Of a stretch of DNA of 64,000 nt, positions 34,501 through 43,330 are shown piece by piece. The notes beneath the pieces are model-generated. The model searched no databases. It was not told the origin of the DNA and worked only from the letters and a program-made list of their open reading frames with translations. The position numbers were made by a program, and so were the translations under genes. Numbering within the stretch: the first letter of the stretch is position 1; every line of letters begins with the position of its first letter. Location: the IMG/VR virus record IMGVR_UViG_3300017732_000001; one strand, given 5' to 3'. This stretch comes from an uncultured virus (IMG/VR IMGVR_UViG_3300017732_000001) (Duplodnaviria > Heunggongvirae > Uroviricota > Caudoviricetes).

Positions 34501-35736
34501 AACGTGAAGATTGAAGGATGTATCTCAGAAGTTGCTCCTACAATTATTGACTCTGCATACCATACAAACGGTATCACTGCCTCTGACGGTGTGTCTGGTA
34601 CATTCCAGTTACACGTTGCTGATGCATCTGCATTCCACCCACTTATCAATGGTTCTGCAGTTTCTACTAGTAACCCTGGATATATCATTCTTCGTGATCC
34701 TGAAATTGGACAGAAACATTTTGAGATTGTCCAATACAATGGCATCTCTTCAGATGGTAAGATTCTAACTCTACCTTCTGGTTCTCGTGGTCAAGCAGGA
34801 ACTGCTGCTCTGGTTCACAATGCCAGCACGATTGTTGAATGTTACAACCTTGATGGTATTCCATTAGTAGAAATCAACAAACTTCATACCCAGATTGGTT
34901 CACCCACACTTGATACTTACAAGATTGCAGTTACATCTGTTTCTAGCAATGGTATTAGAAATGGTGGATCAAGAGTTACATCAACACAGAATATACAGTT
35001 TGAACAGTTCTATCCTCAAATTCAGATGACTGTTTATCCTGAGACTGATGTTGATCCTAGAATTAACGTTGTATCTGCAACTTCTCTCTTGGATGGTAAC
35101 AATACAAACGAAGCATCATTCATTAATGATGGTGTTTATATCGACTGTATTGCTAACGAAGACAACTACCTTGGATTCCCCAAGATGGTTTGTTCACAAG
35201 TTAATGAAGATGCCAAACTATCTGGTTCTAAGTCACTCAACTTCCAGTTGTTGATGAGTACAACTAACAAAAACTTGTCACCAATCGTTGACCGTGATCG
35301 TTGTTCACTCATTACAACATCTAATAGAATTAATCAGATTGCTGCTTCTAATTCTAATGCTGAAGATAGAACAGGTGATCTAAACTCAGCAGTGTATATT
35401 TCTAAGGTTATGAACCTGCTTCAACCTGCCAACTCCTTGAGAGTTTCATTTGAAGCGTGGAGACACCCAGATACCGAGATCCACGTGATGTACAGGACAA
35501 TGCCTGTTGGTACATCATTAACGTTTGATGAGATCGGTTATACATATTTTAACGGAAACGGTAAAGAAGACAAAACTGTCGCTAAGACAGAAGGCATTCT
35601 ATATCGTGACCTCGAATATACGTTCGAAGGAACCGAGTTTAGTTCTGCACAGATCAAAATTATTATGACCTCTAGGAACCAAGCATACGTTCCTGAACTC
35701 AAAAACCTTCGTGTTATGGCATTAAGTGACCTCTGA
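28525..35736 (+). CDS. Large virion structural protein, VrlC/DUF4815-type (2403 aa)
   Basis: N-terminus MPQNTNLNIAPYFDDFD...YRVLFRPGYPIQARELTTLQS; RRTFDESGDYTV, DPLAQSFLV and FKSQNASTWTADQYEDLKF are typical of this cyanophage family, which follows gp8. Confidence 0.85.
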   Translation: MPQNTNLNIAPYFDDFDKANNFYRVLFRPGYPIQARELTTLQSLMQNQVESFGTHMFKDGSMVIPGQIGYDLDAKAVILQGSFLGADVEQYRQQITGKIIEGLTTGIKAKVIFSISSTTSERGYITLYVKYLTSGGSDSDTREFVDNEQLICASEITYGNSLIEIGTPFSQLLPTNSTAVGSTASIANGVYFIRGHFVDVLEQTIILDQYANNPSYRIGLEIFESIVTPEDDPNLNDNATGTSNYSAPGAHRFRIRTSLVKKVIDDDTDKNFIELLRINKSQIESFVERSAYNELAKELARRTFDESGDYTVRDFDVRVREHYNDGSNGGVYLPGETSPQGNNASTAHYAVEIGPGKAYVKGYESETLVPSFIDLIKPRETLALQNSIIPFELGQYMLMNNVQGSPIINGNNITANYQVIEFRDQAQSNNLSSNGQIVALGRIAAYEYHSGTNVTSTATVFKAYIFDLQPLTIFKTDAAVTLTQGHVIRGRTSRAKAFVEGDVSGGSVFNVYQVYGSFRNGEILERDGIEIGTLNDHFSFQVTDARSMIGRDPDTNNIRFAGDLINDAQVVILGTNFNVSSAGATGTLTGTQSNFTLDIRPNDIFTQNGVNALFADRISTVSGNIDNKITTATTATYSGNNIPAGDYGFLVRLRPQIYDRETADLMIEMPKESINNISDESAIVARSFDDITVTGANDFTISLPADEQFLAYDKDHYQLVSLAPTPGTLIDIESNLAFNTTGTPRTSLTVSGLTGVTSCRLIASISKNQAEKKLKNATQMEVMKVERTTNSSDAVKYGLTYGSLFGTRIEDEEISLGSTDVYNVHAIYESSDDNAAIIPNLQMQDATIFKEGTIIEGQTSKAKGRVVNFNAVSYVCHFVYENDTFFQLGETIRGFDANDEVISGLSNDAEGSIDNGSRNITTDFFLDANQKGHFYDISKLVRYASSTKPLRKLMIVFDRFTHEATGDYFAAQSYVGIDYGRIPSVTLDGETRELRDVLDFRPAVTPVLSGSGTVGSPYYVNCASLDFKDRGFSSGGVANNATVIDIPKPESDFRCDYDYYLGRVDKLFLTDQQEFKIARGISGENQELPGDMDNAMLMATFFHKPYGYSPADVRISRENNRRFTMRDIGRIEKRVDNLEYYTSLNLLEMETASFSVKDADGFDKFKNGFLVDNFTSFDSAQTRHEDFACALDFSEGILRASHYTTNVALEYNEVASNAVTNHSVGTLTLPYNEIQFIVQPYASRVENVNPFNVFAYIGRLDLFPSSDDWVAEEREPDRVVNIEGDFTAQVQALGGDTNTGFVPTQWNSWRTNWSSSNSSSSSQFMRRGSWPFIRRINTNTTNTVSNQSRSGLRTNVVPRIDRQSLGDRVIERTVIPFIRSRNIAFKIQRLKPNTRFYAFIDNVNVNFYTTPRLIEVIKNPIDDTRTNNTPFVVGETVVGQSSDCHLKLMDPNTGFDDDLNPFDSSELPSSYASTTPLLNIDTKIMSETVAGAYYGNPLEGEILVGQTSGARAVVKTKRLVANTNGDLEGIMWIPNPGVDTNPRFATGTRVIRLTTSSTDSRVPGQVDSAASANYVASGVIETKQTTILAVRNADVVRDTVTQGRTVNSSSTSTRDTGWYDPLAQSFLVESKGGAFITGADLYFNTKDERIPVSVQVREMANGYPTTKVLAFSDVTLLPSQINLSENGTVSTRFTFSSPIYVTENREYCLVVLSDSNEYKLWISRMGEDDITNDRTISEQPYAGVLFKSQNASTWTADQYEDLKFILHKAEFTANSTGTAVFNNSQLAIGNGGISRLRHNPIETLKPQLKIILSDHVANFTIGAEITQTDTNPVPSAIVREVVQGISGSSNSYIIVDDVQGEFREGVASGANYIYRLVSSRSIANITLTGVTGTFTVNEPIVNGTGASGMVTAWNAGSGLLTVKSVTGTFAPADPITQTIASQTTGSGTIGSGGVASSGDDINDYASAPISYFNKATEVTIHHANHCMHDVANNVKIEGCISEVAPTIIDSAYHTNGITASDGVSGTFQLHVADASAFHPLINGSAVSTSNPGYIILRDPEIGQKHFEIVQYNGISSDGKILTLPSGSRGQAGTAALVHNASTIVECYNLDGIPLVEINKLHTQIGSPTLDTYKIAVTSVSSNGIRNGGSRVTSTQNIQFEQFYPQIQMTVYPETDVDPRINVVSATSLLDGNNTNEASFINDGVYIDCIANEDNYLGFPKMVCSQVNEDAKLSGSKSLNFQLLMSTTNKNLSPIVDRDRCSLITTSNRINQIAASNSNAEDRTGDLNSAVYISKVMNLLQPANSLRVSFEAWRHPDTEIHVMYRTMPVGTSLTFDEIGYTYFNGNGKEDKTVAKTEGILYRDLEYTFEGTEFSSAQIKIIMTSRNQAYVPELKNLRVMALSDL

Positions 35737-35947
35737 TTACATTCCCGTTAAAGGACATCCCGATTTAGTTCGGGATTCCGATACCAACGCTGTCCTAAAT
35801 ATGAAACCCACACCTCCTGGGAACGCTGCTAAGAAGCGTAAAATGAGTGCTGAAACCCTCGATAACTTGAAATCTGACGTAGATGTGTTAAAATCAGATA
35901 TGTCGGAAATCAAATCCTTACTGAAAACATTATTGGAGAAAAATTAA
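35726..35947 (+). CDS. Small coiled-coil hypothetical protein (73 aa)
   Basis: VKGHPDLVRDSDTNAVLN...LKSDVDVLKSDMSEIKSLLKTL, a small-ORF type typical after the VrlC-like gene; GTG start overlaps the upstream gene. Confidence 0.7.
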   Translation: MTSDYIPVKGHPDLVRDSDTNAVLNMKPTPPGNAAKKRKMSAETLDNLKSDVDVLKSDMSEIKSLLKTLLEKN

Positions 35948-36174
35948 TGCCTGCAGACCAACCTGAAGTAATTGACCAAGATAAACTTCTTGGTGATTTC
36001 AAAGATCGCTACAAGCGTCTTATTGAAGACAATCAAAGAATGGCGAAGATGATTCGCGGCAATGAACAGCAAGCACTTAAATTACAAGGTGCTATTGAGA
36101 CTCTAGAATACTGCCTCGGTACAGAGAATGAAGCGGAACCTGCTCCAGAAGTGGATAACGTAGACGCTGCATAA
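35947..36174 (+). CDS. Small coiled-coil hypothetical protein (75 aa)
   Basis: TAATG-coupled start; LKLQGAIETLE motif; followed by a terminator. Confidence 0.7.
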   Translation: MPADQPEVIDQDKLLGDFKDRYKRLIEDNQRMAKMIRGNEQQALKLQGAIETLEYCLGTENEAEPAPEVDNVDAA

Positions 36175-36179
36175 CCTTT

Positions 36180-36204
36180 GGACCCGAAAGGGTCCTTTTT
36201 ATTT
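36180..36204 (+). terminator. Rho-independent terminator
   Basis: GGACCC-GAAA-GGGTCC hairpin (GNRA loop) followed by TTTTTATTT. Confidence 0.9.
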
Positions 36205-36208
36205 GCTG

Positions 36209-36216
36209 TATAAATA
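36209..36216 (+). promoter_or_regulatory. Late promoter TATAAATA
   Basis: Exact consensus directly after the terminator and upstream of the fibre gene. Confidence 0.85.
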
Positions 36217-36264
36217 TCTGAGAGGCAGATTATCTCCGTTAACGGATACCACGTGTGTTAACCA

Positions 36265-39200
36265 ATGGCAAATAGACTACAATTAAGACGTGATGGTGCT
36301 CAGCAATGGGCAAACATCAATCCAATCCTGGCACAGGGTGAACTTGGAATCGAAATTGATACTTCACGTATCAAGATTGGTGACGGTGTTACCCCGTGGA
36401 ACTCGCTGAAATATGAGCGACCACTAGAAACAGAATCAAACGCTGCAAATACTCTTGTAAAGAGAGACGCTGACGGTAACTTCCAAGCGGGTGCTGTCAC
36501 TGCGACTCTTATCGGTAATGCCTCAACTGCCACTAGATTATCAAACGCACGTCAAATACAATTATCAGGTCAGGTAACAGGTTCTGGTTCATTCGACGGT
36601 TCTTCTAACCTTACATTGAACACCGACTTGTCACTTATGACGAGTTTGCCTCACTACGATCCTGCTAACCCTACTGCTGAAGCACTCTACACAAGGGTTA
36701 GAGTTAACTCACAAGGTCGTGTGGTTGGTGCTGAACTTGCATCTACACTTGCTGACTATGGTATCTCTGATGCTCAGGCATTGGATGATGACCTAACCTC
36801 ACTTGCTCAACTTACGAACGTTGGTATTCTTGTTCGTGCATCTCAAGGAAATATTTTAACCAGACAGTTAACTGGTGGTGGTGGACGAATTGTGTTCACA
36901 GTTCCTGACGGAACATCTCAAAACCCATTCATCGACCTTGCAGATACTGCAGTGGTTGTTGGTAATTATAATACGGAATCCCTGACATCTGTCACTGGAA
37001 ATGGGTCTAGTGAAACTGTCAATGCAACTAAATTTAGTGTAGACAGGTATGGTCGCTTAGGCGCTGCCTTAACTGTGCCTATTGCTACTGCAACTGAAGG
37101 CACAAAGATGCCAGACTATGATGCAGGTACAGCATACAGCAGATATGACATCATCAAGAATGCCTCAAAAGTTTACCAAGCAATTGCGGACATTGGTAGT
37201 GGTCTTGGTGCTCCTACTCATACCACTGGCGATACTGGAAGTTGGCGCTACCTCGCGGCTGAGGCGACGGAGCAGAAGGGACTGGCATCATTTGCACAGG
37301 AAGATTTCGACGTTGACAGTGGCGGGCACGTCACCATTGCCGCCGCAGCAGTAGATAATACACAACTTCAGAATAATGTACTTGGATTTGCAGACGGAAA
37401 TACTGTTGAAACATTTGAACTTGATAACGAACTAACTGCTACATCAGGTTATAGAGGATTTAATTATCTCAACTATGTTAAAGTTAATGATACAAGCGGC
37501 AACTTACTTGTTGGCGCTAATAATACAGGCGATGGTGGCGCTGGTGAGTTTGATGTTAACGTCCGTTCCTATTTTTCTGATCCTGATATTACTCTTGATG
37601 GAACAGTTGCTCAGACACTGGATAAGACTGGCGATGGTAACCTAATATTTCAGACTACACAAAATAGTACATCTAATAGAAACTTAAGTATCCTTGCTAC
37701 TAACGCAGGATCAGGAACTTCTAATGTAATCATTACAGCAGAAGATACAGTACAGATCAGTGCATCTGATGCTGCAGGTAAAATTTGGGTCGAAGATGTA
37801 AGAATTCAAGAGAACTACATTGCTACGACTGACTCAACTCTTCACCTTGACCCTGGTGATGACAGAGCAATCACAGGTACTGTCAGAGTTCACGGAGATT
37901 TCCAAGTCGATGGAACAACAACAACTGTTAACAGCACGACTGTTACTATTGATGACCCTATCTTTACCCTTGGTGGAGACACTGCACCTGGGTCTGATGA
38001 TGGACTAGATCGTGGTATTGAGTTTAAATATTACGATTCGCAGGCAAGAGTTGGTTTCTTCGGATGGGATGAAGATCTAACACGTCTTGATTCTGGTACT
38101 GGTGGTTATGCATTCCTTTATGATGCAACAAATAGTAGCGAGACATTTACTGGAACTGATGCTTACATCAAAGCAGGTGGTCTTTCTCTAACTACAAATA
38201 CTGGTTCTACCTCAACTACTACAGGTACGCTTGTTGTAACTGGTGGTTTGGGTCTTTCTGAGAATGCACATATCGGTGGTGAAGTAACCATCGCGGGTCA
38301 GACAGAAATTAATGACACTGTTATCATCAAGTCTGATAACGAAGACTTCAAGATTCAAACTGCAGCAGGTGTAGATAAGTTTACAGTTGATACTGACACA
38401 GGTAACACAGTTATCGAAGGTACTCTTGATGTACAACTAGAGACCACAGTTACTGATAACTTGATCGTTCAAGCAGACAATAAGAAATTTGATATTCAAA
38501 CTGCTGCAGGTGTAAGTGTATTTGATGTAGACACAGATAATGGTAATACACACACAGACGGCACATTAGATGTAGATAGTGGCGTAACATTTAATAGCAC
38601 TCTTGATGTTGATCAGAACACAACATTGAATGCTGAACTGGATGTTGACGGCAATTCAACTTTCCACAACAACATTCTTCTTGATACAACTGCTAAGACA
38701 CTGACCATTACAAATGGTTCAGTCAATAAGTTCCAAGTTACTAGCACAAATGGTAACACTGATATTGAAGGAACTCTAAACGTTGCTCAGTTTGTATATC
38801 TTGAGGATACCGATACACCTACAATCTCTACTGACGGTAATAATAACTTTGTTATCAGTGGTGCTGACTACGGTGCATTTAGATTTGATGGTGGTGGTTA
38901 TATTGAAGGAGATACTCTATTCAATAATGACCTCTATATCAACGGTGCTATCAACCAGAAAGACCAAGGTACTACGACTGAAACATTCAGTACACAGAAC
39001 TATTTGAGAGTACGATATAAGTTTAGAACTGGTACATCTATTGCATATACTCCTTCCTACGCTACACATAACAACTCTAACTTGAGAGTCTATGGTGGTG
39101 CAGGTATTGCTACTGACCTTCACATTGGTGATGATCTATACATCGGTAAACTTAACTCTAATGATACTGTTGAGTTTAGTGTACTTGGTGAATCAGGTAA

Positions 39201-42183
39201 CACTGAGATTGGTAGAACTGGACAGGGTTCAAGCACTGTCGGTACTTTCACTGTTCACGGTGATAGCACATTCAACCGTCACGTTACAATCAATGGTCCT
39301 CTGACCACTATTGGTGATGCAAATACTGATGTCTTGACAGTTAATGCAGTCTCTCAGTTTACTGACAACGTAACTGTTGATGGTGACTTGACAGTCAATT
39401 CAAATACCTTGATCGAAGGTAACTTGACTGTTAACGGAACTACAACAACTGTTAACTCAACCACAACACAACTTGATGATCCAGTTATTACACTGGGTGG
39501 AGACACTGTTCCTCAGTCATCAGATACTAAGGATCGTGGTGTTGAGTTCAGATATTACGATGGATCTGGTAAAATTGGATTCTTCGGTTGGGATAACTCC
39601 GCTTCCAGATTCGCTCTTTATCACGATGCAACAAACTCAAGTGAAGCATTCGCAGGAACCAGATCAGGCATCGATGCAGGATCAGTCAAACTATTCGATA
39701 CAACCAACGCAACTAACTCAGGGTCTGGTGCTCTTATCGTTGGTGGCGGTGCTGGCATCGGTATGGATCTTTATGTCGGTGACGATCTCATTGTTACAGA
39801 TGATGGATCCTTCGGTGGTAACCTTTCAGTAACAGGAACATTTGATGTTACTAATGATCTAGCAGTCAATAATAATAAGTTTACTGTAGATGCAGGAACA
39901 GGTGATACACAAGTAGCAGGTACATTCGGTTCCTCAGGTGCCGCTACGCTGTCCTCTACACTGGCAGTAACCAGCAATACCACTATCGGTGGTACTTTGG
40001 GAGTTACGAACGCTACAACGCTTTCTAGCACCCTTGACGTGACATCCAATACCACAATCGGTGGAACACTGGATGTAACGAATGCTACAAACATTACAAA
40101 CACTCTAGGTGTAACAGGTGTTACATCAATTACAAATAACTCAGTAGCAACCACGACTGGATCTTATTCAGGAAACGGTGCTCTTAGAGTTACGGGTGGT
40201 GCATCAATCGGAAACAACTTGGTTGTTTCAGGTGATGTTCGTCTCTATGGTAACTCAGTAATTGATGGAACTGTAAGTTACGCAAGTATTCAGACTTACG
40301 CTGAGAATGTAAGATTCAATGATACTGCAGATGCTGTTAGTGCATCCAACAATGTCGCTTCAGTATTCACTGCTGGTGGTTTGGCGGTATCTAAGAAAGC
40401 ATATATTGGCGATGATCTTAATGTTGGTAACGGTAACTTTACTGTTGACGGACCTACAGGTAATACTCTAATCGTAGGTACACTTGGTGTTACTGCTGCT
40501 ACTAACGTTTCAACTATCACTGCATCTGGTATTGCTGATCTTCAGTCTACTGTAACGATCGGTGGTAACCTCGCGATTGGTTCTAACAAGTTCAACGTTA
40601 ACTCTTCCAACGGTAACACTGACATCGACGGTTCACTTGATATTCTTGGTGCAACTGTTATTGATGACACATTGAATGTGACTCAGGGTGTTGACTTTGA
40701 TAGCACACTGAATGTTGATGGTACAACCACACTTAATGATGCTCTTACTCAGAACAGCACTTCACTGTTCAAAGATAATGTGGTTATCAGAGGTGCTACT
40801 AAGACACTGAAACTACAGAACGGTAACAGTCAGGACAAGATTACTCTTGAATCCACAACTGGACACGTCACTATGGCGGGTAACTTGGTTACTTCTGGTA
40901 CTGGTGCATTTACCGATGCTGTCACAATGGGCAACACCTTGGATGTTACTGGACAGATTACTGGTAACTTGACTGGTGATGTTACAGGAACTGCAACGAA
41001 CGCAAATAATATTGACGTTAACAATACAAATAATAATACTACATTCTATCCAACATTCTCTTCCTCTAACACAGGGCATACGGGAATGTTTGTTGACTCT
41101 GCCAACCTTACATACAACCCATTCTCTAACACTCTGAGTGTTACTAACTTCGTTTCTACAACGAACTTTGAGGTTCAGGGTAACTTGAACATTACTGGAA
41201 CTATTACTTTCGGTCAGTCACAGGTTGGTTCTATCGCGAACCATAATACTAACGCTCTTGCTGAGGGTTCAACTAACCTTTACTTCACTGATGAGAGAGT
41301 TGATGATCGCGTTGCTGCTCTTATCTCTGGTGGTACAGGTATTACTGCATCATACGATGACGCAGGTAACCTACTGACTTTGAGTGCAACTCAAGCAGAC
41401 ATTAATACTGACAACATTACTGAGGGATCAACCAATCTCTTTACTACTGCTGCCAGAACTCGTGGACACATCTCAGTCAGTGGAGATCTAGGATACAACA
41501 GTGGCACTGGTGTTATCTCATACACAATTCCAACAACGATTGCATCTATATCTAACCACGATACTGCTGATCTTGCTGAAGGCACTAACCTTTACTACAC
41601 CAATGCTCGTGCTGATGCAAGAGTTAACTTACAGACAGGTGCAAACTTAGACCTATCCAGTAAGTCAACAAGTAATTTAAGTGAAGGCACAAATCTATAC
41701 TACACAAACGCACGTGCTGATGCTCGTGTTGTTGCTGGTATCACTGGAAAACTTGACGCATCTGATGTCAGCACCTTCGGTGGAACCCTGATTGATGATG
41801 CTGACGCTGCTGCTGCAAGAACAACTCTTGGTCTTGGCACTGCTGCTACCACTGCGGCAACTGCATATGCAACTTCTGCACAGGGTACACTTGCTGCCTC
41901 TGCTACACAACCAGGAGACCTTGCCACAGTTGCAACCAGTGGATCTTATAATGATCTTAGTAACCTGCCTACACTATTCTCTGGTGCATACGCAGATCTA
42001 ACTGGCAAACCTACATTAGGAACTGCTGCTGCGACTGCATCTACTGCATACGCTACTGCTGCACAAGGTGCAACTGCTGACTCTGCATTACAGGCAGAGA
42101 CAATTACACTAGCGGCACTCAAAACTGCTGCTGCAAACTCCGCTACTTATGCTGCATTCCAAGCGGCAATCGCTGCCTTATAA
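36265..42183 (+). CDS. Long fibre protein (tail fibre or collar fibre; 1972 aa)
   Basis: N-terminal Mtd_N/hyaluronidase-N-like motif (LQLRRDGAQQWANINPILAQGELGIEIDTSRIKIGDGVTPWNSLKY), long beta-repeat shaft (GTLDVT...), duplicated DRGxEFxYYD...GFFGWD module, four EGxTNLY[YF]T-type repeats and an Ala-rich C-terminus. It sits directly before gp13. Confidence 0.8.
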   Translation: MANRLQLRRDGAQQWANINPILAQGELGIEIDTSRIKIGDGVTPWNSLKYERPLETESNAANTLVKRDADGNFQAGAVTATLIGNASTATRLSNARQIQLSGQVTGSGSFDGSSNLTLNTDLSLMTSLPHYDPANPTAEALYTRVRVNSQGRVVGAELASTLADYGISDAQALDDDLTSLAQLTNVGILVRASQGNILTRQLTGGGGRIVFTVPDGTSQNPFIDLADTAVVVGNYNTESLTSVTGNGSSETVNATKFSVDRYGRLGAALTVPIATATEGTKMPDYDAGTAYSRYDIIKNASKVYQAIADIGSGLGAPTHTTGDTGSWRYLAAEATEQKGLASFAQEDFDVDSGGHVTIAAAAVDNTQLQNNVLGFADGNTVETFELDNELTATSGYRGFNYLNYVKVNDTSGNLLVGANNTGDGGAGEFDVNVRSYFSDPDITLDGTVAQTLDKTGDGNLIFQTTQNSTSNRNLSILATNAGSGTSNVIITAEDTVQISASDAAGKIWVEDVRIQENYIATTDSTLHLDPGDDRAITGTVRVHGDFQVDGTTTTVNSTTVTIDDPIFTLGGDTAPGSDDGLDRGIEFKYYDSQARVGFFGWDEDLTRLDSGTGGYAFLYDATNSSETFTGTDAYIKAGGLSLTTNTGSTSTTTGTLVVTGGLGLSENAHIGGEVTIAGQTEINDTVIIKSDNEDFKIQTAAGVDKFTVDTDTGNTVIEGTLDVQLETTVTDNLIVQADNKKFDIQTAAGVSVFDVDTDNGNTHTDGTLDVDSGVTFNSTLDVDQNTTLNAELDVDGNSTFHNNILLDTTAKTLTITNGSVNKFQVTSTNGNTDIEGTLNVAQFVYLEDTDTPTISTDGNNNFVISGADYGAFRFDGGGYIEGDTLFNNDLYINGAINQKDQGTTTETFSTQNYLRVRYKFRTGTSIAYTPSYATHNNSNLRVYGGAGIATDLHIGDDLYIGKLNSNDTVEFSVLGESGNTEIGRTGQGSSTVGTFTVHGDSTFNRHVTINGPLTTIGDANTDVLTVNAVSQFTDNVTVDGDLTVNSNTLIEGNLTVNGTTTTVNSTTTQLDDPVITLGGDTVPQSSDTKDRGVEFRYYDGSGKIGFFGWDNSASRFALYHDATNSSEAFAGTRSGIDAGSVKLFDTTNATNSGSGALIVGGGAGIGMDLYVGDDLIVTDDGSFGGNLSVTGTFDVTNDLAVNNNKFTVDAGTGDTQVAGTFGSSGAATLSSTLAVTSNTTIGGTLGVTNATTLSSTLDVTSNTTIGGTLDVTNATNITNTLGVTGVTSITNNSVATTTGSYSGNGALRVTGGASIGNNLVVSGDVRLYGNSVIDGTVSYASIQTYAENVRFNDTADAVSASNNVASVFTAGGLAVSKKAYIGDDLNVGNGNFTVDGPTGNTLIVGTLGVTAATNVSTITASGIADLQSTVTIGGNLAIGSNKFNVNSSNGNTDIDGSLDILGATVIDDTLNVTQGVDFDSTLNVDGTTTLNDALTQNSTSLFKDNVVIRGATKTLKLQNGNSQDKITLESTTGHVTMAGNLVTSGTGAFTDAVTMGNTLDVTGQITGNLTGDVTGTATNANNIDVNNTNNNTTFYPTFSSSNTGHTGMFVDSANLTYNPFSNTLSVTNFVSTTNFEVQGNLNITGTITFGQSQVGSIANHNTNALAEGSTNLYFTDERVDDRVAALISGGTGITASYDDAGNLLTLSATQADINTDNITEGSTNLFTTAARTRGHISVSGDLGYNSGTGVISYTIPTTIASISNHDTADLAEGTNLYYTNARADARVNLQTGANLDLSSKSTSNLSEGTNLYYTNARADARVVAGITGKLDASDVSTFGGTLIDDADAAAARTTLGLGTAATTAATAYATSAQGTLAASATQPGDLATVATSGSYNDLSNLPTLFSGAYADLTGKPTLGTAAATASTAYATAAQGATADSALQAETITLAALKTAAANSATYAAFQAAIAAL

Positions 42184-42185
42184 AA

Positions 42186-42512
42186 ATGAATAAGACACCA
42201 TTCCCACTTAAATTCGTTCCACTGTTATTTGTGTTCTCTTGCTTAGTTTCACTCTTTGTAAGTGTGGGACCTGTATTTGCTGATCACTTACCAGTGATGT
42301 ATGTGCAAGTACCTCAGTGGGCAGATGACTGGGCAGTGTGTGCTGTTGATATACCTGACTCTAAATGTCATTGGTATGTCGTAGCACCTGATAATACATT
42401 TGGTGAAGGTTTCAACTGGGAGACTGCTCCTTGGTTTGATGCTAATGGTCTTAGAGACATTGCTCCTATGGGCAAAGAATCTGTTGTTCAACAACTACAA
42501 AATCGAAAGTAA
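42186..42512 (+). CDS. Hypothetical protein with N-terminal signal/TM segment (108 aa)
   Basis: Hydrophobic N-terminus followed by Trp-rich VQVPQWADDWAVCAVDIPDSKCHWYV; TAATG-coupled to gp13. Confidence 0.7.
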   Translation: MNKTPFPLKFVPLLFVFSCLVSLFVSVGPVFADHLPVMYVQVPQWADDWAVCAVDIPDSKCHWYVVAPDNTFGEGFNWETAPWFDANGLRDIAPMGKESVVQQLQNRK

Positions 42513-43330
42513 TGGCAAATCCCACCTCCAAAGCAGAATTAAAAGAATACGCACTCCGTAGACTTGGTAAACCAGTCTTGGAGGTGAACGTATCTGACGA
42601 TCAAATTGATGACGCTATCGATTATACAATCGAAACGTTTCAAGAATTTCATTATGGAGGATCGGAAAAAGTATTTTTAAAGCATCAGTTCACTGCTGAG
42701 GATATTACAAGATTCCAAGCAGATGAATCTGAGACTGGTACTGATACTTTACAGGCAGGTAACACAGGAACTGTGTTTAAGACACAGAGCAATTACTTGA
42801 TTTTGCCAGAACACGTCTTGGCAGTGAATGGTATTTTTACCTTTACTGATAAAGGCACTCGTAATATGTTTGATATTCGTTATCAAATGAGATTGAATGA
42901 CCTGTTTGATTTTACATCAACACAGTTCTATCACTACTATATGATTCAGACCCACCTTGAAACAATCAACTTCTTGTTGGAAGGTATGAAACCTACTAGG
43001 TTTAATGCCACACAAGGTCGTCTTTTCATTGATTTTGATACTAAGACTGATGCTCACGAGGGTTCGTATGTTGTTATTGATTGTGTTCGTGCTCTTGATC
43101 CTTTGAACTGGAGCAAGATTTATGGAACACTTTGGGTGAAAGATTATACTACAGCAATGATTAAAAAGTATTGGGGACAGAACCTTACGAAGTTCCAGAA
43201 CGTGCAACTTCCTGGTGGTGTCACCTTGAACGGAGAAAAGATTTACAGTGATGCGATTACTGAACTAGAACAACTAGATGAAAAACTCCGTAGCACATAC
43301 GAAATGCCACCTCTAGATATGATCGGGTAA
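42512..43330 (+). CDS. gp13: Neck protein gp13
   Basis: LKEYALRRLGKPVLEVNVSDDQIDD...WGQNLTKFQNVQLPGGVTLNG...YEMPPLDMIG. Confidence 0.93.
   Translation: MANPTSKAELKEYALRRLGKPVLEVNVSDDQIDDAIDYTIETFQEFHYGGSEKVFLKHQFTAEDITRFQADESETGTDTLQAGNTGTVFKTQSNYLILPEHVLAVNGIFTFTDKGTRNMFDIRYQMRLNDLFDFTSTQFYHYYMIQTHLETINFLLEGMKPTRFNATQGRLFIDFDTKTDAHEGSYVVIDCVRALDPLNWSKIYGTLWVKDYTTAMIKKYWGQNLTKFQNVQLPGGVTLNGEKIYSDAITELEQLDEKLRSTYEMPPLDMIG

Noticed and set aside
36265..36420. Mtd_N-like N-terminus suggesting a diversity-generating retroelement target
   Set aside because: No reverse transcriptase, no TR/VR near-identical repeat pair with adenine-specific mismatches and no C-type lectin C-terminus in the window. 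This N-terminal motif is a common fibre anchor.
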